From assembly GCF_001194135.2 (NCBI RefSeq), contig NC_068988.1:17361411-17398449 (forward strand): 37,039 bases of DNA, given 5' to 3'. Numbering within the stretch: position 1 is the stretch's first letter; every line of letters starts with the position of its first letter. A model generated the notes under the pieces. That model saw only the letters and a list, made by a program, of their open reading frames with translations. It ran no database searches and was not told the DNA's origin. This DNA is from Octopus bimaculoides (Eukaryota). The position numbers were made by a program, and so were the translations under genes. Below are positions 13,725 to 24,420 of the stretch, one piece after another.

Positions 13725-13880
13725 AGATAAGGACGTGGGGTAAGGCGTTCGCTTCCAAATAGCATAGCTCAAGTTTAGAACTCACGGCATAATATGTTTG
13801 GCAGATTTGCTTCCTCCATGGTTTCCCCGAGTAGGGTAGGGAATTGTGAATGAAATTTAGATAATGGATCGGAAATTCTT
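13725..13880 (+). mobile_element. Highly decayed SINE family A copy
   Basis: GTGGGGTAAGGCGTTCGCTTCCAAAT...TTTGGCAGATTTGCTTCCTCCATGG...TTGTGAATGAAATTTAG loosely follows the order of family A blocks. Confidence 0.35.
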
Positions 13881-13961
13881 CCTATGTAAATAAGAAATAC
13901 ATTTAAGGTCGACGTTTGCAAGCAGATGCCACACTATGGCCACAGTCGAATAATTGAAGTA

Positions 13962-14280
13962 AGGCATGGCTGTGTGGTAAGTACTTTGCGCTTTTTACGT
14001 CTCAAGCTACTGCTATCTAGCACCTTCGGATGATCTCTACTCAACCGCTACACAACTGCTACTCGACTGCTACTCAACATACCTACAGCGGCCAGACTAC
14101 CTCTATTTATATGTCGTGGGAGATCCTACTTCTTCGTCTGGGGGCGTCGACACAACAGCTTTCTAACCACAAGGCTTCAATCTGTGAGGCACCTTGGTTA
14201 AGTGTCGTGTTCTATATCGCCATATTATAACCTGAAGAATAAATTAGGTCTACAGAAACGGAAAAAAGCTCGTCGTGTAT
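13962..14280 (+). mobile_element. SINE family A copy interrupted by a 163-bp insertion
   Basis: Head AGGCATGGCTGTGTGGTAAGTACTTTGC stops at ~13994 and resumes at 14158 (GCTTTCTAACCACAAGG...GGCACCTTGGTTAAGTGTC...GAAACGGAAAAAAGCTCGTCGTGTAT). Confidence 0.65.
13995..14157 (-). mobile_element. Solo-LTR-like insertion with 5-bp target-site duplication
   Basis: GCTTT at 13990-13994 and 14158-14162 flanks the insert; minus strand begins TGTTGTGTCGAC and contains TATAAATAG; the other end (CGTAA) is not the canonical CA. Confidence 0.45.
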
Positions 14281-14327
14281 ACTTGGTGGTGGTTTCTTTA
14301 CTCGATACTTGGTGGTGGTTTCTTTAC
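14279..14327. repeat. Perfect 23-bp direct duplication (period 26)
   Basis: ATACTTGGTGGTGGTTTCTTTAC at 14279-14301 and 14305-14327. Confidence 0.9.
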
Positions 14328-14375
14328 GTATCCCTTATAAAGTGAGCGATGCAGTAACTACTAGGTTTAAAAACA

Positions 14376-14510
14376 GGTTTGCTTCCCAAACCCATGGTTC
14401 TAGGTTCAGTCCTACTGCGTGACATCTTGGGCAAGTGTCTTCTACTGTAGCCTCGGGCCGACCAATGCCTTGTGAATGGATTTGGCAGACGAAAACTGAG
14501 GGAAACCCGC
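14376..14510 (+). mobile_element. SINE family A, 5'-decayed
   Basis: TTGCTTCCCAAACCCATGGTTCTAGGTTCAGTCCTACTGCGTGACATCTTGGGCAAGTGTCTTCTACTGTAGCCTCGGGCCGACC; the CTTGGGCAAGT block resembles the CORE-SINE core motif. Confidence 0.85.
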
Positions 14511-15447
14511 AAATCAGTTCGGTACTTCTCCAGTTTTAGGGATTCACATATACAGACAGATACACACAAACACACACACATTCTCAATTTTACACACACA
14601 CACACATATATATATAGAGAGAGAGAGAAAGAGAGAGGTAGTTATGCAGCTAAACAAATTAGATACGTGAGATATATTAAATATATTACGTACATTAAAT
14701 ATACACTGCTTGTATTTCATACATAAACTAATATATTTGTGTCGACAAACAAGACGAGGACAAATATCCGTCAAATCTAAATAATGTAAATAATGTAATA
14801 TATTTGATATATTTGATGTATCTCTGTTTATCTGCATAGTTGCCCCTATACCCGCACAACTTCGACCCTCCTATAGACTTTCTTTACTTTGTGGAAGAAT
14901 CCATTCTAAAGACCTCGGAGTTTAAGTTTGAATAATTTGCACCCTACTGTCTTCTATACAGAGAATCTCTGGATCTCATCTGTGAACNNNNNNNNNNNNN
15001 NNNNNNNNNNNNNNNNNNNNNNNNNNNNNNNNNNNNNNNNNNNNNNNNNNNNNNNNNNNNNNNNNNNNNNNNNNNNNNNNNNNNNNNNNNNNNNNNNNNN
15101 NNNNNNNNNNNNNNNNNNNNNNNNNNNNNNNNNNNNNNNNNNNNNNNNNNNNNNNNTATATATATATATATCAGTGCGTATATGTGTATCAGTGCGTATA
15201 TGTTGGTGTGTGCGTATGGGTAGTTTTGCAAGCTGTATATTTTGAATATTGTGAATATATGAAAGACTGATAAACCGGACAGCTGAACACAAAAATCTCC
15301 ACTATTATTGCCCGAACTAAGCTACAGTAATCCTCACTTTTCTTACAGCATAAAAGCAGAAAACCACTGATAGTCTATCGTAAGGGTGCTTTTGTTTACA
15401 AAATATGGGACATGCTTTAAAGTTCTCATTGTATGTATATATATTTA

Positions 15448-16001
15448 CAGGGTTATTCGGAAAGAATGAATCGTTTTCATTACGCAATATTCTAATAAGG
15501 AAGTGCAATAGGAAACTCCAGCTAAGTCACAAGTATTTACTGACGATCAACTATTATTTCCTGTCTTACAAGTGTTCAATGTGGCCACCACCTGCAGCAC
15601 GGGCAACATCAATGGAATATGAGAATTCCTCCAAGACGCGTATCAGCATATCACGATCCACTGAAATGATCGGTATTGTTATTCGATGTTTAAGTTCATC
15701 AAGGTTCGTCTGTAACGGTGGAACATAAACGCGATCTTTTACATATACCCACAAAAAAAAAAAAATCGAACACGGTGAAGTCTAGGAATCCCGCAGGCCA
15801 AGCGGATACGTGTCCGGTACGAATTCTCTTATAACATCGATGTTGCCCTTGCAGCAGGTAGTGGTCACATTGAACACTTGTAAGACAAGAAATAAAAGTT
15901 GATTGTGAGTAAATACTTGGGACTTAGCTGGAGTTTTCTATTGTTTTTGCTTATTAAAATATTACGAAATGATATCGGTTTGTTATTTTTGAGAATCCCT
16001 G
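15448..16001. mobile_element. Tc1/mariner-superfamily non-autonomous foldback element with 181-bp inverted arms and TA target duplication
   Basis: TA|CAGGG at 15446 and CCCTG|TA at 16003; 15448-15628 is the reverse complement of 15821-16001 at high identity. Confidence 0.92.
15566..15800 (-). pseudogene. C-terminal fragment of an IS630-Tc1-mariner (DDxD-type) transposase
   Basis: WPAGFLDFTVFDFFF/LWVYVKDRVYVPPLQTNLDELKHRIT...DMLIRVLEEFSYSIDVARAAGGGHIEHL* (one frameshift in a T13 run) matches the WPxxSPDLxPxDFFLWGxxKxxVY...GGHIEHL pattern. Confidence 0.85.
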
Positions 16002-16598
16002 TATTTCAAATTTATAGAAAAACAAAGAGGAAGACAGATATTGGAAGAACAAGCAACTGTATTNNNNNNNNNNNNNNNNNNNNNNNNNNNNNNNNNNNNN
16101 NNNNNNNNNNNNNNNNNNNNNNNNNNNNNNNNNNNNNNNNNNNNNNNNNNNNNNNNNNNNNNNNNNNNNNNNNNNNNNNNNNNNNNNNNNNNNNNNNNNN
16201 NNNNNNNNNNNNNNNNNNNNNNNNNNNNNNNNNNNNNNNNNNNNNNNNNNNNNNNNNNNNNNNNNNNNNNNNNNNNNNNNNNNNNNNNNNNNNNNNNNNN
16301 NNNNNNNNNNNNNNNNNNNNNNNNNNNNNNNNNNNNNNNNNNNNNNNNNNNNNNNNNNNNNNNNNNNNNNNNNNNNNNNNNNNNNNNNNNNNNNNNNNNN
16401 NNNNNNNNNNNNNNNNNNNNNNNNNNNNNNNNNNNNNNNNNNNNNNNNNNNNNNNNNNNNNNNNNNNNNNNNNNNNNNNNNNNNNNNNNNNNNNNNNNNN
16501 NNNNNNNNNNNNNNNNNNNNNNNNNNNNNNNNNNNNNNNNNNNNNNNNNNNNNNNNNNNNNNNNNNNNNNNNNNNNNNNNNNNNNNNNNNNNNNNNNN

Positions 16599-16634
<36 letters not shown>

Positions 16635-17080
16635 TACTATAATCACACGAATGATGATGAAGAATAGAAGCAGCATTCATAAATTATTCTTACTCATAGT
16701 TTTTTCACGAATTGTAATAATATAAAAGACAATTGCGTTTTGAATGGAATTCATCTGTTTTAAAGAACGTGAGACACGAAATATATATCATTACTGTGCC
16801 AGCCATCACTGCCAAGGTGGCAATGAAAATTATTTTTAAAAAAATGCAATGATTTGGTCGATAACAGAGAGAAATAAAGAACATTAAAATAGCATGATGA
16901 TAGCAATAGAAAATTTGTTGATGGAAATATGTAATTATAACAACAATGATCATAAAGCAATTATAATAACACCAAACGGACTAATACTACCACTACTACA
17001 ACTACTACTACTTCTCCTCCTACTAATGCTACTATCATAATAATCTTTTCTTACTCAGACACATTACCAACAGTTTTGAG

Positions 17081-17239
17081 AGGTGGAATGCATCGACTCC
17101 AGTACTTATCTTACCGACCGCAAAAGGATGAGAGTTGAAGTTGCATTCGGTGGAATGTGAACTCGGAACGTAAAGACGAACGAAATGCCCCCTAAGTATT
17201 TTGTCCGACGTGCTAAAGATTCTGCCTGTTCATTGCCAT
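17081..17239 (-). mobile_element. SINE family B
   Basis: Minus strand reads GGCAATGAACAGGCAGAATCTTTAGCACGTCGGACAAAATACTTAGGGGGCATTTCGTTCGTCTTTACGTTCCGAGTTCACATTCCACCGAATGCAACTTCAACTCTCATCCTTTTGCGGTCGGTAAGATAAGTACTGGAGTCGATG. Confidence 0.8.
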
Positions 17240-17242
17240 AAT

Positions 17243-17460
17243 AACAACCACAACAACAACAACAACAACAACAACAGCAACAACAATAATAATAATAATA
17301 TAGAGATGCAGAGTAGAGAATAAAAACCAGTTGCAGTTTCAAAGATTAATGGTGACTGCAAATATCTTTATCGAAATTAAAAAAACACATGTATATGTGT
17401 GTGTGCGTGTGTGTGTGTGTGTGCGTGTGTGTGTGTGTCTGTATATACACACACATAAGC
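17243..17460. repeat. (AAC)n(AAT)n and (GT)n microsatellites
   Basis: Visible trinucleotide runs at 17243-17300 and GT/CA runs at 17397-17460. Confidence 0.9.
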
Positions 17461-19144
17461 ACACATACACACAAGCAAACACACACACACGCATATATAC
17501 GTATGTATGTATTTGTATGCACATATGCATGCACACGCTTAATTTTATTTAAATTACCTCCACGGTGACATGCAAGTCTCTAAACATTTTCCACGGAATT
17601 TCATTCATTTATTTTTGTTTACATTTTTCTCCAAAATATAAATCCCGTTTCAATGAAATGTATATATCTTGTGTATGTAATTCAACATGTAATACCTCAG
17701 ATCATTTATACAAATACATGAGATGGAAACCCATTAATTGTCACTTTTTTTCGGATTATATTTAATAATTTTCGAACATTTCTAGAGCCTAGATAATAAT
17801 GCTTAACGTTAGACTTAAGCACAAATACATTAATTGTACAAGCTGCGTTCATATAGGTAAGCATGGGATTATTTAAAATAATGTAGAAGTCTTATAACTT
17901 CTAACATAATCATCATTATTGTTACTATGACCGTCATCTAATAGGTAATGCGATTTAAAATTAACGAAAAACGTGGTTAATGTTTAAATGATAAATTTAT
18001 AGAAGGTATGTTAACGATATNNNNNNNNNNNNNNNNNNNNNNNNNNNNNNNNNNNNNNNNNNNNNNNNNNNNNNNNNNNNNNNNNNNNNNNNNNNNNNNN
18101 NNNNNNNNNNNNNNNNNNNNNNNNNNNNNNNNNNNNNNNNNNNNNNNNNNNNNNNNNNNNNNNNNNNNNNNNNNNNNNNNNNNNNNNNNNNNNNNNNNNN
18201 NNNNNNNNNNNNNNNNNNNNNNNNNNNNNNNNNNNNNNNNNNNNNNNNNNNNNNNNNNNNNNNNNNNNNNNNNNNNNNNNNNNNNNNNNNNNNNNNNNNN
18301 NNNNNNNNNNNNNNNNNNNNNNNNNNNNNNNNNNNNNNNNNNNNNNNNNNNNNNNNNNNNNNNNNNNNNNNNNNNNNNNNNNNNNNNNNNNNNNNNNNNN
18401 NNNNNNNNNNNNNNNNNNNNNNNNNNNNNNNNNNNNNNNNNNNNNNNNNNNNNNNNNNNNNNNNTATATATGTATATATATATATATATATATATGTTTA
18501 TGTGTGTTTGTTCGTGCATACGTCAAATGAATATATTGCTGTACATTAATATATAAATGAACAAACATTTCCAAATCTAGTTATGTTATTTCAATTATTA
18601 TCGTAGACAACAACATGCACTGAAATTGTTTGCACTCAATTCTATCAGAAAGAGTTAATGTAGCATGGTTTACTGGATAGTAAACAGTAAACAGACAGCG
18701 TAGCTACAAACTTTTTTTTATCACGTAAACGCTTAATTCTGAAGCCAAGAGATCAGGTTGATATCCACCTCATTTAAAGATAATGAAGTCTACGTTTAGA
18801 TGGTTATATAAGAAAGTAAATCTTGTTACACTTTATCAAGACTTATTTTCTGACATTACGGAATTAAGATATTAAAACAAGTTATAATCTGCATGTAAAC
18901 TTTTAAGGCATTTTCGAAAAATAACTATAGCCCCTAGTATGAAGAGCAGTAAAAGCAATTTATACTGAAAAAATTAAATTAATTAAATTTTCTTGTTAGA
19001 AAATATAGGAAGGAATTTCAACCATGTTTCGTGGTCTGCTACCACAAGAGCTCCTTTATAGGATCCAGTTAGCTCAAGACATCATCAGGAGGAACCACGT
19101 CNNNNNNNNNNCTTCGATGCAGCATCAACGAGTGTCAGCGTCCG

Positions 19145-19176
19145 ACTGATTGTCGTGTCAAATTCCCCTTTTTATA
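19145..19176 (-). promoter_or_regulatory. Pol II core promoter: TATAAAAA plus TCAGT initiator
   Basis: Minus strand GGTATAAAAAGGGGAATTTGACACGACAATCAGTC; first T of TATA at 19176 lies 29 nt upstream of the A of TCAGT (19147). Confidence 0.55.
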
Positions 19177-19354
19177 CCTGCTGCTAGGCTCCAGCAGGCT
19201 GGCCCCAGCTAGTTGTCACGTGACACTCTAAATTTCCCGCTGCTAGGATCCAGTAGGCAGCCCCAGCAAGTTGTCACATGACACTGTCTAAACTTCCCGC
19301 TGCTAGCTCCAGCAAGTAGCCCCAGCAAGTTGTCACATGACACTGTCTAAACTT
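19177..19354. repeat. Three tandem 59-60-bp GC-rich repeats, each with a palindromic E-box
   Basis: Units start at 19177, 19236 and 19296; TGTCACGTGACA at 19214-19225, TGTCACATGACA at 19272-19283 and 19331-19342. Confidence 0.95.
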
Positions 19355-19423
19355 TAACTGACAATGAGGTCGCGAAGCCACTTCAGTGTCAGCCTGTCTC
19401 ACTTAGGCTATTTATGAAATACA

Positions 19424-19820
19424 CCCGAAGGTTGCAAATTACGGAGACCAGCGACACACATTGGTCCTTTTTAATAAAAACTATGATTATATATTATATA
19501 TATAATTATATATGCTCTATTTAGAGCCACTAAACCTAAACAATTGACATCCATCAATTTAATCCAATTTTAGGTATAGTAATATATATATTTACGCGAC
19601 GAACTGGCGTTCCATCCAAAGTGTCGAACCTATACGCCAATGAAACCGGGAACCGACGCTTATGAGCCAGGCATAGCTCGAGAAGAAATAAACAACATAT
19701 ATATTAATGAATTTGGAAGCAAATCCCAAGGCTTTAAATTACGGAGAAGAGCGACACACATAGTTCCTTTTTATTAATAATTATAATTATATATTATTTA
19801 TATAATAATATAAGCTCCAT
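19424..19820. repeat. Diverged ~100-bp direct repeat with 300-bp period
   Basis: AAATTACGGAGACCAGCGACACACATTGGTCCTTTTT at 19436 and AAATTACGGAGAAGAGCGACACACATAGTTCCTTTTT at 19736, each followed by similar AT-rich sequence. Confidence 0.8.
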
Positions 19821-19863
19821 TGCTATATATATATATATATATATATATAGGCATTCCTATTAT

Positions 19864-20043
19864 CTTTTACTTGTTTCAGCCATTTGACTGATCCCATGCT
19901 CTTTAAAATTCTGGTTGAATGCATCGACCTCAGGACTTATTTTTTAAAACCTGGTACTCTATCAGTCGCTTATGCCGAACCAATAATGTTACAGCGACGT
20001 AAACACACCAGCAGCGATGTCAATCGGTAGTGGGCGACAGACA

Positions 20044-20093
<50 letters not shown>
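19864..20093 (-). mobile_element. SINE-like repeat, family C (3' module next to (AC)n)
   Basis: CTTTTACTTGTTTCAGCCATTTGACTG...ATCGACCTCAGGACTTATT...GCCGAACC...GACGTAAACACACCAGCA; homologous to 35043-35260; shares the ATAAGTxC...GGTCGAT block with family B. Orientation inferred. Confidence 0.7.
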
Positions 20094-20095
<2 letters not shown>

Positions 20096-20267
20096 ATTTT
20101 AAGATGCCAAACCCTCAACATTTTTTCAACTGCTTAGAAAATAAGGTTCACTTATACGTATTAATGAAATTTGATTTACAGTATTGCAATTCGTTTAAAA
20201 CATATTAAGATTCACCCAGAAGTTATAAGCTACAGTAAAGTGAGATTTAAATGATATTAGTGTGGTA

Positions 20268-20485
20268 CAATAATACCTCGCCATATCGCGGTTTACCTAT
20301 CACAGTTCACCTATCATGGTTTTCCTCTGTGGTGTTGTTTTGCATTTATAATAAAATAGATATATACAAATTATAAGAATAAAAAAAATATATATATACA
20401 TTCCAGTACTAGTTCTACTTCGCGGATTTTCTCCTATCATGGGTAGTCTTGGAACGTAACACCCGCGATAGTCGATGGATTACTG
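20268..20485. mobile_element. pogo/Tigger-like MITE
   Basis: TA|CAATAATACCTCGCCATATCGCGG at the left end matches the reverse complement of the right end, CAGTAATCCATCGACTATCGCGG; the right flank is CA (mutated TA). Confidence 0.7.
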
Positions 20486-21703
20486 CACATTTATTTTCAG
20501 ATTGTGTTTAGTTATGTTTTACTAAATCTAGATATTTCCTTCTCACTCTGTTTCAATTTGTGCTCTATGGAATGTGTCTGAAGTGTTGTTGAGCCTACAC
20601 TATCATTTGCGTATGCACACGGTGAATGTGTCTTTGCACATGAGCAGGAACCGACTATTACTCATGGATACTTCACTCCCACTCATGAGAATTGTTTTAG
20701 TGTTATTCCGTTCGGCTTGATTTGGCTCTTTCTGTTTTTCGTACATTTTCACTTTCAATGTCATTTTTGTTTTATATATTTATTTTAAACTATGTTAATT
20801 TGCACTCTCATTCGAAGACATTGTAAAACTAGAGTTAGTAATAAAATTAATACTATTTTCATTAACTATGTTTGGCTTACACAGATATCTCTTAAATATT
20901 GCACCAATGAGTGATTGTGTACCAGGTCACACAAGCTGCTGGAAACAGGATTGTGATATTCTTGAAAGTCATAAAATTGCTTTGAATATCAGACTCGTAA
21001 ATAAAATATATATGGAAAAAGTTGCGATAGATACAAATGGAACCTCCTTACGCATTCGTGTATAGAATCTTAGTTGAACTTTTGCTAATCAACAAGCATA
21101 ATATTCTCTTTGAACGAGTTCATTATTGTGATTACTAATCACAGATCAAGCCTAAATAACCTCGTTACTGAACAAACGATTACTGTCGTCCAAAAGCTCT
21201 CCCTCACAAAACAACATATTCTGAGATGTATACATATATATATATATATATATATATANNNNNNNNNNNNNNNNNNNNNNNNNNNNNNNNNNNNNNNNNN
21301 NNNNNNNNNNNNNNNNNNNNNNNNNNNNNNNNNNNNNNNNNNNNNNNNNNNNNNNNNNNNNNNNNNNNNNNNNNNNNNNNNNNNNNNNNNNNNNNNNNNN
21401 NNNNNNNNNNNNNNNNNNNNNNNNNNNNNNNNNNNNNNNNNNNNNNNNNNNNNNNNNNNNNNNNNNNNNNNNNNNNNNNNNNNNNNNNNNNNNNNNNNNN
21501 NNNNNNNNNNNNNNNNNNNNNNNNNNNNNNNNNNNNNNNNNNNNNNNNNNNNNNNNNNNNNNNNNNNNNNNNNNNNNNNATGTGTGTGTACATATAGCCA
21601 CCACTTCTACTGCAACTACTATTAACTACAGTTATTTAATTACAAAATTCAAAACACTATTTAAGAAAACTGCTACTGTTAAAATTCTTACCACTACTAC
21701 TAG

Positions 21704-21731
21704 TAATAATAATAATAATAATAATAATAAT

Positions 21732-21786
<55 letters not shown>

Positions 21787-21794
21787 GTAATAAT
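21704..21794. repeat. (AAT)n microsatellite
   Basis: About 30 nearly perfect AAT units. Confidence 0.97.
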
Positions 21795-22271
21795 ATGATC
21801 CAGCAAGCATAAGAAACTAACCACTAGCATCATATAAATATTGGAAATAACAAACAAAAACATGTAATGTTCCCGAGCCACTATCACGAAGGACTAATAT
21901 CATTTTGTTTATTTGAATATATCCCCCAACCTCTTACAACATGTCTAAATCGTCTTACAATGATTAAAACCGGTAGAATATCTTGATTGAAAGGTATATG
22001 TTTCGTTTCTTTTTCTCCATATATATTTATTAATATACAAACACAGTCACACACACATTAGCAAACACACACACATACACGGACAAGCAAATAGAGTAGG
22101 TTGGTGCGAGAGAGAATTCGCGCGTGTGCGTACATATAAAATATATTTATTCGTTCCTGAGCCTCGTATTATCTTTCACTTTTTCAGTGATAATATTTGA
22201 ACAGTGACTATGCACACAAAACTCACGGCCGCACCTGCACATGCACATGGTCACATACACATATGAACATA

Positions 22272-22306
<35 letters not shown>

Positions 22307-22567
22307 ACATTGATTAAGGAGAAATCTTCCGAGACGGACTGAAGAGATGATTATGCGTAAACACAGACCAGTGAATTTAATCTGAAGTAAACAATACATA
22401 CTTCAATATTGTTCAGATGACGAATATGTATTTCTCCGATTAAGATCTATCATAAAGAACTCAATATTTGACTGGGCTAATACAGATATGTATATGCGTG
22501 TGTGTGTATTTGTGTATATAAATGCATATATTATTTATGTATGTGTGTGTGTGTATATATATATACG

Positions 22568-22610
<43 letters not shown>

Positions 22611-23430
22611 NNNNNNNNNNNNNNNNNNNNNNNNNNNNNNNNNNNNNNNNNNNNNNNNNNNNNNNNNNNNNNNNNNNNNNNNNNNNNNNNNNNNNNNNNN
22701 NNNNNNNNNNNNNNNNNNNNNNNNNNNNNNNNNNNNNNNNNNNNNNNNNNNNNNNNNNNNNNNNNNNNNNNNNNNNNNNNNNNNNNNNNNNNNNNNNNNN
22801 NNNNNNNNNNNNNNNNNNNNNNNNNNNNNNNNNNNNNNNNNNNNNNNNNNNNNNNNNNNNNNNNNNNNNNNNNNNNNNNNNNNNNNNNNNNNNNNNNNNN
22901 NNNNNNNNNNNNNNNNNNNNNNNNNNNNNNNNNNNNNNNNNNNNNNNNNNNNNNNNNNNNNNNNNNNNNNNNNNNNNNNNNNNNNNNNNNNNNNNNNNNN
23001 NNNNNNNNNNNNNNNNNNNNNNNNNNNNNNNNNNNNNNNNNNNNNNNNNNNNNNNNNNNNNNNNNNNNNNNNNNNNNNNNNNNNNNNNNNNNNNNNNNNN
23101 NNNNNNNNNNNNNNNNNNNNNNNNNNNNNNNNNNNNNNNNNNNNNNNNNNNNNNNNNNNNNNNNNNNNNNNNNNNNNNNNNNNNNNNNNNNNNNNNNNNN
23201 NNNNNNNNNNNNNNNNNNNNNNNNNNNNNNNNNNNNNNNNNNNNNNNNNNNNNNNNNNNNNNNNNNNNNNNNNNNNNNNNNNNNNNNNNNNNNNNNNNNN
23301 NNNNNNNNNNNNNNNNNNNNNNNNNNNNNNNNNNNNNNNNNNNNNNNNNNNNNNNNNNNNNNNNNNNNNNNNNNNNNNNNNNNNNNNNNNNNNNNNNNNN
23401 NNNNNNNNNNNNNNNNNNNNNNNNNNNNNN

Positions 23431-23462
<32 letters not shown>

Positions 23463-23559
23463 CAAAAGAATTCCAACTCTGTTTTGTTTATGTTTTATTT
23501 ATATTCTTATAATATTAATGTAGGATATAGAATATGGAATATATAGTATATATAGTAAA

Positions 23560-24180
23560 ATGAATGAAGTATTGATTGTTTTATTGAAGAAATGAAATAT
23601 TGAATATTAAATATTAAAGGGCTAGTATATTTTCTTGCATTTTAGCAGTCTTCATGGTCCCATGTTGTGACAGGAATGTTTCAACTATATTTGACTGACT
23701 GTCTTTTGTCCTTTATATACATTTCTGTGGACAGCAGCAGTAGTTGTTAGGCTATTTTTAGAGATGACAGCAGTACTTTTTAGAGATTGTTTGTGTTTTA
23801 GTTATAGGGATAAGATTTTTAAACGCCAAATAAAATTAATTTAATCATTATTTGTTAAGCTTGGGTTTTGAATTTCTTAATAAAGTCTTTTTCTCTCAGT
23901 TTTCTTTCAAGTTCATTCAGGTTGTAAAGTTTATGTAAAGGAAATATCATAAAAGTCTTTCGACCACATGTTGCCAGATGGTTACTCAGTGGTATTTGGC
24001 GGACTCCTGGATTTTTAATTTGTTGTCGATGCACACGCGAGCATTCTGATAGTTAATTACCTGTCTGGCGAACGTACAGTTCTTCATAATTTGGGCATTT
24101 GATGCAGTAGATTAAATCTCTGCTTTTGCAGTTCATGCTAGCGTTTGTGAATATTTTCCCTGTTTTTTTGTGTTCATATA
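23560..24180 (-). mobile_element. 3' remnant of a Penelope-like retroelement (GIY-YIG endonuclease plus putative pseudo-LTR)
   Basis: Decayed endonuclease ORF ending at 23848, followed by a TATATAAAG box (23711-23719) and a decayed hammerhead-like motif (23619-23661). Confidence 0.8.
23848..24180 (-). pseudogene. GIY-YIG endonuclease domain of a PLE, inactivated
   Basis: NCKSRDLIYCIKCPNYEELYVRQTGN*LSECSRVHRQQIKNPGVRQIPLSNHLATCGRKTFMIFPLHKLYNLNELERKLREKDFIKKF/KPKLNK*: C-x3-x-IY-x-x-x-C, YV(G)QT, R-x-H-R, H and RKLRE...I...KPKLN motifs typical of PLE endonucleases; one stop and one frameshift. Confidence 0.85.
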
Positions 24181-24214
24181 TGGGGCGGTATGAATTAATT
24201 GACATGTACATATA

Positions 24215-24274
24215 CATACGTATATATCTATATATGTGCATGTATGTATGTATGTATGTACGTATGCTTGTATG

Positions 24275-24316
<42 letters not shown>

Positions 24317-24420
24317 GTATACAAAAATAAGTATGGATGTGTGTAAATATATATGCGTATATGTGTGTGTGTGCGTCTGTGTGTGTGTGTGTGCGTCTGT
24401 GTGTGTGTGCGTGTGTGGAT
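24215..24420. repeat. Compound (TATG)n/(AT)n/(GT)n microsatellite
   Basis: Directly visible; truncates the PLE remnant on its 5' side. Confidence 0.9.

Noticed and set aside
19177-19354. CRISPR-like array
   Set aside because: Units are contiguous tandem copies with no unique spacers, in a eukaryotic context without cas genes.
20580-20640. LHYHLRMHT, resembling a C2H2 zinc-finger end
   Set aside because: No upstream CxxC in frame and no TGEKP linker or neighbouring fingers.
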